From positions 15,128,001-15,192,000 of the forward strand of contig NC_135763.1 in the NCBI RefSeq assembly GCF_052425735.1: a DNA stretch of 64,000 bases, read 5' to 3'. Of this stretch, positions 26,084 through 37,556 are shown one piece after another; the stretch's first letter is position 1; every line of letters begins with the position of its first letter. The notes beneath the pieces are model-generated. The model was not told where the DNA came from. It saw nothing but the letters and a program-made list of their open reading frames with translations, and did not search any database. The DNA comes from Oculina patagonica. Lineage: Eukaryota. A program made the translations under genes and the position numbers.

Positions 26084-27256
26084 CGAAGTATCAGAGATAA
26101 GATTGCGCGTTTTTACTTAAACAAGGCTTTGGTCTGTTTTTGGAATATAAAATGCTCTTGAAAATATTTGATTATTTGGTATATTTTAAAGTATTACCAT
26201 AAATAATTAAAATAGAAAGCCTAAAAATTATGTAACTTTCGCTAGTTCTGCAGTGTTTGATTTCTTCAGTGATTTGAAGGTGTGGAATAGCGCTATTTTT
26301 TTTCCCTCGAATTCTTACCAAAATACAACGATAACAACGGAGACTTCGACAGCGCATAAATAGAGAAATTAAAAAGGACATCGAGAAGAAAGCCGGCAGG
26401 TTAGAGTTTAACAGGTATGCTGTTTAACAGTAAAGTGTGTTTGTATAATTGAAGACCTCATCGCACAAAACATAGCTTGCAGGCTATCTGGCACGCTATA
26501 TACATTAAATCCTCTTAGGCAGCTTAGGCACATTAAGATTTAGAGAATTGTCAGTTCATAAAAACATCGGTACTGGATCGTGCTGTAAGCATGAGAGAGA
26601 GAATCAAATACTTTTTCATAATCTTGAGGTGAAATCCGCGAAAACAAACCGCATTTTTTATAGGTCATGTGTGCCTTAGGCTAATAGACTCCAGTTGCGT
26701 CGCTTTCTTGAGTGCGGTCTCCGCTTCTCCTCGAGTTGGGGAGACAAAGCGCAGGCTTATTTTCTCAACAGCGGCTTGAAATCGAACCATTGTGTCCTTA
26801 TGTCTAAAGACAAACGAGCATGCTGAAACTACCAACACTACGTTCAAAAAACGCCCTAGACCGTATTAGGAAAACTACGCAGGCCGCGCTAGGCTTGTTC
26901 TGTCGGGAGCCTGCTCGCAGTATCTCAGTGAGGTATCATGTTTTTTAGGCCAATCGTGGAGCAAATACGAACAACCACATGTAAATGCCAGAGTTAATGT
27001 GAAGAATAATCTGTTTGCGGTTAACTTGCCATATAAACATAGCAATTCATTTAAACTTAGTAGAAACGAGACAATTTCGGGCACTAGTTGTAAGCTACCG
27101 GGTTCACTTAAAACCGTTTTAAAATCAGGAGCGGGTCCAGGATATTGAGGAACGGTGGGCGTAACAGTTGATGCGGCATTTAATGTGTGTGTGTGTCGGG
27201 AGGAGGAGGAAGGTTTCGGTGGGGAGTAGGTATGGCTCCGGGACGTTTTAAAAATC

Positions 27257-29355
27257 TAGGCTCAATTAACAGCCGCTGTTCGGGGAATGAGAGCACAGGG
27301 AGCCCAGACAAACTGTTTGTGTATGGCCTGTGCACATTTACATTTTTAAAGAATGTATGGAATTTACCGAATGGTTCGTAGATGCGTATATGGTGCAAAA
27401 GAACAAGTTTGTGGATATGTTAAGTTCCACGTGCAGTGTCGTTCTTTGGCTCGAATGCGAATTTGAGTCGATTGAAGGGTATTTTGCTTTTGCTGTTTAC
27501 TATACATCTAATATATGGAAAGGGTGGAAACTCCAACAGCTCCAAAGTGAACACTTCCAGCGCCGAGCCGATTTTCGACCTGATAATCCCATCGCACAGC
27601 TTCAACTACGCACCAGAAAAGAGGAAGGCTGACGAATCCCGATGATCGAAAATATCCAAACGGTCCGGAACAAGCCCCAAACGAAACGGGTATCCAAAAT
27701 TTTTAAGCCGTCCGAATGCGTAGCACCAATGTGGTGCCGAAGGAAACGCATTCCCCAGCCTCTGTGATGGAACAATTGAACAATGGTCGCAAGAGGTGGA
27801 AGGGAGGCAAGGCAACCAAACTCAATAGTATGGGAGGATGTCAATGTGCGACACAACCAAGGACCCCGCGCAAGAGAGGCGATGCCGAATGCGATGCATT
27901 ATCATTAATATGCGTCGTTGTAACTTCTATGCGTCGAAGTAAAAGGGTGCACCGTTGACGTCTGTTTATTTACTTCCAAATACACTCTTCCGAAGCACCG
28001 CTCCCACAAACAATGAAAACCTTTTTCCCTTGCTTTAGCAGTCAACTGTTGATAGCCTCGCCACAAAAGATTTCCCTGTTCCTCCCTCTCCAGTTACGAG
28101 AATATTGTGCCCAGCTTCGGCTATGTGTAGGATCAGATTGTTCAGAAGTTATAGGTTTCGAACTATAAAATGAGGACTATTTCGGTGATTGCAGCCATAA
28201 TGTTTAAAACATCAAAAACAGAAAGAAAAATAAAGGAACAAACACGAATACCTTGCCATATTCGTATGTCCCGAAAAATCCCACTTTCCGCAAACTCGCG
28301 ATCGCCTGCATTTTCTGCGCTACGAAAGTCGTGATGGAACTTCGCGGGGTTTTCCCAATCAGCCAGACCTTGACATAAGAAGCAATCACAACACGGTTTT
28401 GCACGAGAGTTTCAATGATGTTTGAATCTCGTAACTAGTGAGAGATAAGTCTGATATTTTTTAGGCGTAAAATTTTTTTCGTTGAAAAATGAACGCTGAC
28501 TTTTTTTGAAGCTAGCTAGTTAAAAATGAACCGACGACAGATAGTATTACTCGTTTTTAGCAGTATGAACAAAACTTGCCGCACTGACAAGTTACAACGA
28601 CGCATATTTAAATGATAATGCATCGCTTTCGGCATCGCCGTCAATATTGCCATATTTTGCGCGAGGGTCCTTAGGTTGTGTCGCACAATTGATATCACTC
28701 CCTATACTATTGAGTATTGGTTTTGCCTTGCCTCCCTATCCACGAAACAAAATCTTGAACGACCATTGTTCAATTGTATCCAATCAAAAGAGGCTGGGGA
28801 AGGTTTCCCTCGGCACCACAAATTGGTGCTACGCATCGGACGGCTTAAAAATTTTGGATACCCGTTTTCGTTTGAGGGCTGTCCGGACCGTTTGGATAAA
28901 TTTTCGATCAAATGATACGAGAAGATTCGTCAAGCCTTCCTCTTTTCTGGTGCGTAGTTGAAGGTGCGATGGGATTATCGGTGAAAATCGGCTCGGCGCT
29001 GGAAGTGTTCTACTTTGGAGCTGTTGGAGTTTCCACCCTTTCCATATAATTAGATGTATAGTAAAAGCGAAAGCAAATACCCTTCAATCGACTCAAATCG
29101 CCATTCGAGCCAAAAGAACGACACTACACAAAAGGTAGGAAACTTAACATTTATTCAGCACAAATTTGTTAATGTTTTGCACCATTTTACGCAATTCTAC
29201 AAACCATTCGGTAAATTCCATACATTCTCTATAAAAATGTAAATGTGCACAGGCCATACACAAACAGTTTGTCTGGGCCCCCTGTGATGAGAGGACCGGA
29301 CGCAGGAACCCAAGAGCTCCTGCCGGACACGAGAAAGCGGCGGAAATCAAGCCTA
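27257..29355. mobile_element. Non-autonomous DNA transposon with ~650-bp TIRs and 9-bp TSD (AcademH-like or Mutator/foldback)
   Basis: TAGGCT...AGCCTA ends; 27300-27910 inverted to 28620-29280; flanks TTAAAAATC / TTAACAATC; empty site at ~18430. Confidence 0.8.
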
Positions 29356-29512
29356 TTAACAATCCTGCAGGTTTTCTGAGATTTAATTTCCTTCGTTATG
29401 AAAGCATTTGTCACGAAACCTTTAAGGCTTTTAACTTGAAATTTCTCAGACGCGGCCTCTCACATATTTATTATTGAAACGGTCGAATCAGACATGTCGG
29501 ATTTCGCTACTT

Positions 29513-30047
29513 TGATGATCTTCAATCCTACCATGTAACTATGTAATACTCGTGTTTTGCACGTATGTGGGATTATTATAATTTACAAGAGAGTGTAATG
29601 GGCCGAGTCCCTAGAGACAAAGAGAACATTTAAATACGCCCTTTAGCGGCGAAAAGCGGACGAACATTGAGTTAACCGGTAGATCCGAAGTACAAGAGTA
29701 AAAGTTCAAGGACATTTTTCAAGGAACATTAACGGGAGTGGCAAATAGAATTGTAAGTAGTGTATTACATTATTACAATAACGTTATACTGTCGAGGTTA
29801 GGATTTTCGAGAGCTATTCGGCACGAATTAAGATATATTTTTGTTCTTATTTATAGTTTGACTACATTATATTGTGAATTGCGTACGAAGACAATCACGA
29901 TCCAGTACAGAAATTAAAGTCACTGTTTCCCTTAAAGCTGTGGTGTTGCTACTTATGTCTCATCACTTCGAACGGCACATTGTTCGAAACAACTCGTGAA
30001 CTTCCCCTAGGAGTTCAGTTAAGGCTAATAAAGGAAGATCTCAATCA
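29513..30047 (+). mobile_element. Insertion with TG...CA ends, possibly a solo LTR
   Basis: Absent from the homologous site at ~18838; ends TGATGATCTTC / GAAGATCTCAATCA; AATAAA near the 3' end; no TSD found. Confidence 0.4.
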
Positions 30048-31759
30048 GGTAAAGGTCTTTGCCCCTCGAATCTCGGCTCCAAATTGCGTCCTAAAAGTGT
30101 TTTCCGAGACACACGATCATTCAATGGAGAAATAATGTGTCACCAACTGAAATGCGGCAAGGAGACACATGGAGGGTCCGAGCAAGAGCCCATCGCTGCC
30201 CCCTGTCCCACAGGGCACAGAGGAGTCAAGTTTGTCCGCAGTTCAAATTCTCTACCGTGCAAAACGACCTTCAAAAGCCTTTCAAAGCGATCGTGTAAGC
30301 CGTACGTGATACAGCGCCGTCATGCGATACTTGTTTACAGATGGTCTTGTCTGGTGATATCGTATTCGTACTCTCATGCGACATAATATTATAAGCTCTC
30401 GCTTGAGTTTCTCATACCTCTCGAAAACTTTTTCGGGCTTCAGAAAGCTATTTTTAAAACTTTTATTTACGTCAATTGGTGGAAGCTAAATATTTTATAC
30501 ACACTACTTGGTGGTGAACATGTCGTTTTCTGTCGAAAACGAGCCATTCTTGTTCCGTAAAAGAAAAAAGATTTCATTTTGTTGCTGTTAAGGCCAACCT
30601 AAAGCTTTATGGTAAATATTGTGCAAACAATACATCTTTGCAGGCCCTAAATCATGTCTTCTGGATTTTTTGAGAAACGCACGCCGACTCTTAGCTCTGT
30701 TCCAAATACTCTTTGGGTGGGTTCATTTAGAAAAAGTCGCATAGTAAAAACCAGATTATGATCGCCAAATCAATATCAAAAATTTGTTTATGTGACAGAA
30801 AGAAAAAACAACTGTCAGACCCTCAGAGTAGGTCAGTTGTTGAGATTAACCTTCGATCATTACGCCCTCCGTTAAATCTTCTTCGCCTGAAATTCTAAGA
30901 GGAGAGACCTAGAAGATAATGTCGCTCCTGTAAATATCTATTTAAATTGCCGTAACCGTTCATCAGTAGGATGCCTTAAATGCGTGCAATTCCACAATTG
31001 GTTTTTGGCTCCATTAAATCCTATACCAATTGCAATACACTTTAGGAGGAGCCACCCACGATGTGAGCACTGTTACAGACAAGACATAATATAAGGGAAA
31101 AAAATAAAATAAATGTTAAATTACGAGGGATCGGAAAACATTCTTTTTTTCCTCTCTCCGGCTTCTTAAAAAGAAACAAAAGAAAACAAAAAGGAAAAGA
31201 AAAGAAAAAAATTAAACCTGCCCGATCGCAGATTACGTTAAGAAGTAAAACTCCTCGAATTATGGATACCGCTATATCTATCCACCCGATAAATAACTAT
31301 CTAGTGCATAGCGTACATAGAGATTACTCCATGGATATTGTTTTTTTTTTATTTTTTTAAAAAATGTTTTTTAACACTTATCCAGTGGATAGTGATTTAT
31401 CCAGTAGATAGCCTTATCCACCCGTTGAACAACCGGGGCCAAAACTTACCTACATTGATAGCACAAGAAAACAACGACTTTCCTAACAAATTACTCTTTT
31501 AATCTGCTAGAAGTAACTGCTATGATGTTTTTTCCCACGAGCGACAAAAAATCAACTTCTGCAATTCATTTGTTTGTCGTGAATGTCGGATTTTTCCCCT
31601 ATTTTTATTAGAATTAGATAAAATCGTAACAAAATGAAAGGAAAGCTTGTTAGCCGTAGAACGCCATGCTTAATCTCTCCATTGCAACAAGCTGAATATA
31701 GTAATACCTAATGTTAAATAAATGCATAATACTCCTTAGAAACTACAAAAATGACAGGT

Positions 31760-31930
31760 NNNNNNNNNNNNNNNNNNNNNNNNNNNNNNNNNNNNNNNNN
31801 NNNNNNNNNNNNNNNNNNNNNNNNNNNNNNNNNNNNNNNNNNNNNNNNNNNNNNNNNNNNNNNNNNNNNNNNNNNNNNNNNNNNNNNNNNNNNNNNNNNN
31901 NNNNNNNNNNNNNNNNNNNNNNNNNNNNNN
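31760..31930. other. Assembly gap
   Basis: Run of N. Confidence 1.
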
Positions 31931-32712
31931 TTGAAAGAAAAAAGTCTTCAAACTACAGTCTGGACTAATTTGAGTCCGCTTAGTAAGTCTATTAAATCGG
32001 AACTCGAATATTAAATTAGATCGCAAATGATTTTAGCATGCGTTGCAGACGAACAAAACCCCGGTATAGTCAGGGGTTTTGTTCGTCTGCAACGCAGGCT
32101 AGAATGATCTCTGCATGTTTTTCAAAGATTTAGATAAATGCGTCAAATTTACTGCCAATAAAGCCAACAGTGAGAACATGTTGGACATCCAAGACTCTCT
32201 TGGATTCCTTTTCATGGGGCGAGAAAGACAGTACTTATAGCCGTCCAGGCGTCGGAGTGGGAAGCGCGAAAAACGGCGAGGAAAAAAAGTAAGGGGAGGG
32301 AGGCGGGGAGGAGGAGTCCCCTCCCCATTTGCTCGCCGTTCTTGCGCTGCTTTCCAACTAACCGAACGCCTGGAACAGGCACAGTACTTATAAAGACTGG
32401 CTTTGTTGTGGCCGTCATGGGCGATAATTTTGACTACTAAACGACCGTCCTGAGACAAACGTTAATGGGTAAAATTAGCATTTCGACAACGTAGCTATAG
32501 TGCATGTATAGTTCTTCGGGTTTTATGTCATTAACACAGAAACTGACAATACAGAAAGTAAGGTCTACAGGCAGACTCCAACATTTGAACAATTGCTGAC
32601 AGCTTCTGCAACTATTTAGGATTTCTATAAAGATCGCTCTGTGAGAGACATTTTCATTGAAGGCAATTGTTTGGCGTTAATTATACGAATCATCTTGTTT
32701 TTTTGTTCTAGT

Positions 32713-34720
32713 ATGGAGTGTCAACAAGAAGATGGCCTTTCATCGCCAGAGGAAGACACCAAAGAACAACAGAAACGATGCCGTCAGGGCCGTCGGTTTA
32801 TGTCGATTTCACGACCCGGGAAGAGCTGTACGCAGCCCGATAGCCCGTACTCATACGTGGTGTGCTTCTGTGGGTTTTTGTCCATTTTGATAGCTATCGG
32901 CTGCTCGTATTCGTATGGCCTTCTCTTTCCTGTACTGCTGGACGAGTTTAAAGAAGGAAAAGCCAAGACAGGTATTAAAATACGACTTCTTATTGACCGC
33001 CTCAATATCCCTTACTTTGTCTGTTTGACAATGTATTGTTATTGAATTCCGGGAAAAATGTTGGCGGGAACGTTGGCCAATTTCGGAAAATGGACGGCCT
33101 AAAGCGAATCGCTATCAGACAAGCGTATCAAATCAGCACCCGCGATTTTTATATCATCACCATCAACGAGTTTGGAATAAAAAGCATATTACCTCGCTTT
33201 AGTCGTTTATCTTTACGGTTTTCTGCAATTTAGACAGTTTTTAGTTCCTCTGCTTTGCTCTCGGTATTACGCAAAAGGATATAGAGAGAGCAAAGGAGCG
33301 GAGCTAAAAACTGCCTCAATCGGCAGCAAATCGACCCAGAAACCTCACCGGAAACATTAAGATAAACGACTGAAGCGAGAAAAGATACTTTTTATTCCAA
33401 ACTCGTTGATATTTTCAATTTTTTTTATTGCAACCATTCTCTTTATACAAACCCTTGTATTTCGAGTGTTGCGTAATAACTTACAACAGATACTCATGCA
33501 TCGACCTTGGGCTACCTGTGCCTTAATAGCCTCCCCTCCCTCACCCCTACTCTTCACACTTGCCTCTGCAGTTGTGGGTCACAAGGCTTATAACTGTTAT
33601 CTGCGCTCTCTTCTCTCCTAACAGCTTGGGTGGGTTCTTTGGCCTATGCATGCGGCAGCCTGTTCGGACCAGTCGTGGGAGTTCTTTGTGATCGATTCAG
33701 CCATCGTACAGTTGCTATTAGCGGTGGACTTATCGCGACCGTGGCTCTTCTCGTGACGTCACAAGCACCCAGTTTGACGCTGATGTACTTCACGTTTGGC
33801 CTTGCATTTGGTTTTGGTTGTTGCTGTATATTCTTTGTTGTTCTGACTATCATGCCCAGGTACTTCATCAAGAGGCGCTCTTTGGCAGCGGGACTCGTTC
33901 TTATGGGACCCGGAGGAGGATTGATTGTTATGAGCCCCATTATTCAGGCCCTACTGGATGTCACCACATGGAGAATTACTTTTGTCGCCATGGCGGGGAT
34001 GTTGTTATTGACTTGCATATTGTCATGTTCGTTTGACTCAAATGTAAGAGACGAGTTAACAAGGACAATAATCAAGCGGTAAAGGGCCCAGGCAGATCAT
34101 CTTACTTGTGTTCGACTTTAGATTTCTCATTCTTGCGAAATAAGGAATTTGTTATCTACCTGATTGCAAGTACAACTTGTTTCTGTGGCATTACTGTTCC
34201 TCTAATTCACATGGTGAGTATAACGACTTCCACACCAAGTGACTAAATTAGTTTACTGACTGACTGACTGACTGACTGATGACTGACTGACTGACTGACT
34301 GACTTTACTGATCTTTTGACCTTCTAATTGATAAACTGACTGTCTCTGACTGTCTGGCTGTCTGGTTGCCTTGCTGACTATCTGCCTGCCTGCCTACCTG
34401 ACTCACTCACTCACTTGCTGCTGACTGACTTAATGACAAATTGACTGACTGGCTGGCTGGTTCACTGGTTGTCTGATTGACCGACCGACCGACTGACTGA
34501 CAAACAGTTTCACTGACTGACAGATCGACCGACCGACTAACTAACTGATTGAATAACCGAAAGACTGATTGATTGATTGACTGGCTGGCTGGCTGACTTA
34601 CTGACTGACTCACTTGCTAAATGGCTGGCTGACTGACAGGTTGATTGACTGAATCACTGACTGACTGACTTAGTGGCCAACTGGCTGGCTGACTCTCTTG
34701 CTGACCGGCTGACTGACTGA

Positions 34721-34783
<63 letters not shown>

Positions 34784-36433
34784 CCAATAATAACTGACTG
34801 ACTGACTCACTCACTTGCTAAATGGCTGGCTGACCGACAGATTGATTGACTGCTGACTGACTGGGCGTTTGGCTGGCTGACTCTTTTGCTGACCGGCTGA
34901 CTGACTGACTAGCTCACTGGTTGTGTGACTGACTGACTGACTGACTATTCGACTGGCTGGCTGCCTACTTGGCTGATTCGCTTGCTGATTGGCCGGCTAA
35001 TTGACTGACAAATAGCCCTACTTTCTATGGAACTTACTATTGAACTGACCAACTGACTGGCTTGGGAAAATATTTTAGCACCTGGGTATCGTTTCTTTTG
35101 AAACTTTTTGGATTTTCTCTAGGTTTAGGGAACTGGGAATTAAAATAACGTGAAATATCCTTAATCGTGTCAGCGAGTTCCCTCAAGGATCGTAGAATGG
35201 TATCGGATACTTGTACAGTTTGCTAAGGCACTTCAATGTGCACAACACTCTTGTAAACAGTACAAAAATATGTTAATTTAAGATTCAATTTGTTTGTCAA
35301 ATGTCCTTTCTTTTCACACAGGCTCGATATTGTCAAGAACGGGACATAGACGCAAAGCGCGCGTCCATGATGTACTTTTGGAACGGGATCGCGTCCGTCA
35401 TTTGCAGGGCCCTGACGGGCTACGTCTGTGACATGAAGAGAATACACCCCAAGTGGATCATTCAAGCTGCAGTGTTCGTTGCTGGAGCCACTACAGCACT
35501 GACCACGCTCTCGTTCTCTTACAACCAGTTGATGGCTTGTTTCGTTGTCTATGGTATCGCTGACGGTGCTATAATATCTTCAATGAACATCTTAGCTATG
35601 GCAACGCTCTCGCCGGAACAAAGGACTCAAGGATTTGGGTTTTTTCATTTTTGTGTGGCGATTGCTTTAGCTGTGGGTCCCCCTTTTGGAGGTATGTAGC
35701 TTTTTGTCTTAACCGGGGTGGAAGGGTTCGTAATCTTTTCAGCTTTTAAAAATTCCATGACTCTCCGTGATCATTTCCATGACTTTTCAAAGTTTTCATG
35801 ACCTATTAAAATTTGACCATTTCTTCTTGGAAATTTTAAAAAATTATCTTGATTTCAGGCATGTTTTAACCCTTTTCTTCTCAAAAGATAACCTGCCTAA
35901 TTTATTTTGTACAATGAATTTCATTTTCCATGACTTTCCAGGCCTGGAAAATGGAATTCTCAAACTCCATGACTTTCCAAGTTTTCCATGACCCGTACGA
36001 ACCCTCGGGTGGGATGGGGTAAACAGTTTCTCTACTTTTTGGCGTAGTGGTGCGTTTTGCATCTCGTCGTTGACTAGACATAATTGAATCAAGGCTGTCC
36101 ACGGAAGATTTTCAGTTTTCCAATCGACCTCTAAAAACCAACGAGTGACCTTCTTTAAGGATTTGTACTTTGAAATTCCTATGGGGGACAGGGTCGAGTT
36201 TTGGCCTCAAAATACTTTACCAACTATTTTAATTCTTCTCCACAGGTTTTCTGGCTGATTTATCTGGATCGTACACTCTCACCTTCTACGTAGCGGGATC
36301 TTTCCACGCCGTAGCCGGATGTATTTTCTTTTTGTCATATTGTATCAAAAATGCCAATGTCACTCGCGAGGATTTAAACGATCTTTTACAGCTGGAAAAA
36401 TTTCTCATTGTCGAAATTGTCACTGTTCTATGA
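32713..36433 (+). CDS. SLC16-family transporter, paralog B (~468 aa); exons 32713-32971, 33625-34213, 35322-35691, 36246-36433; 1-nt frameshift near 34050
   Basis: Same exon phases as paralog A and colinear protein similarity. Exon sum of 1406 nt is one base short of a multiple of three; the frame resumes as ...[14 protein letters not shown]. Confidence 0.85.
34250..35060. repeat. Degenerate (GACT/GGCT)n microsatellite with a poly-T run in intron 2
   Basis: Visible tetranucleotide repeats. Confidence 0.9.
35723..36005. mobile_element. Short TIR element
   Basis: AGGGTTCGTA...TACGAACCCT with internal TTCCATGAC repeats. Confidence 0.6.
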
Positions 36434-37556
36434 TTACGTCATAGAGTGAGTTGCTCACAAATCTGGCCTGCGAGCAGGCACACGCTTCGGAATACAAGCA
36501 GGAGTCGGCGGGAAGAAATCCGGGGCGGAAACATAAATCTAAAAGAGATTATTTATAATACCCTGGATGAAATTCAAATGCCACCCTAACTATAAATTTT
36601 TATTCTGTAAACGAGTTTGTTATAAAGCTTCTCTTTAGGTAAAGAACGTTATTCATAAATTTCTTAGAATACACTTCGTTCGGGGGGGGGGGGGGGGGGA
36701 ATGCTCAGGCGATGGCCGTCATGTTGGATTTCAACGCCTGAAAGGTCCTTGGGGAAGGTTCGAGTATTGATGAGTCCGCGGTATTCTGAGCAGTAGTTGC
36801 TAGGCAACATGACGTAACCTATGACGCCACGCTAACGTGAGTACTCGTGACTAAGGTGCCAGCCGAAAGTGGATCGGGGGGGGGGGGGGGGATTGTTCAT
36901 TTCCTTGGCCAAATTTTCTGACTGTGAAAACGCACACTCGAAAACGGCTGTAGACAGGATTCTCAATGCGTATAGTTTCGTTTTCAAAGTTCGGGAATAA
37001 ACAGGACTTGACAAAAATAAAAAGAACATTAAATAATCTTTTTCTTCTTGTAGCGAAAGCTTAGCGAACATCAGGCACGTCTGCCTTCTCAACGAGCACT
37101 CCGTCAATTTTATTTGGAGCCCTTTATTCTGGGTGTATGGGTGACTTCGAATGACTATTCGTCTTTGATGGTAAATGTGGCTGTCTTTTTGAATTGAATT
37201 GTTCTTTGACACCCTGAACCCGTATCTGTATCAACCAATGAAGATACGAATTTTCAAGTTTGCGTTTCTTGTTGGAGTTTGTACGTTCCTGAAATCTGGT
37301 GCTATTTTCTTCTTGATGTCTTGAGTTTCGTGTATGTAGAATAGCAAGGAAGTATAAGCAAAGTAATGTTGAAAAAGAGGTTCCATGGTATCCGTATCCA
37401 TACTTCTACAAAAAGCCCGGCAATGCAATAAATTCTGTGACTACCGCTGGAACATGACGAAGTCACCTCTTCCTGCACGGTATCATAAATAACAGTTGCT
37501 TTACAAAATCAGTAAAATAGCTTAGAGCATCTCTTCTAAATTACTATTCTTCTGTT

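Noticed and set aside
27180-29414. Cluster of short ORFs on both strands
   Set aside because: Mirror-image translations of the long TIRs; frames are not conserved between the arms.
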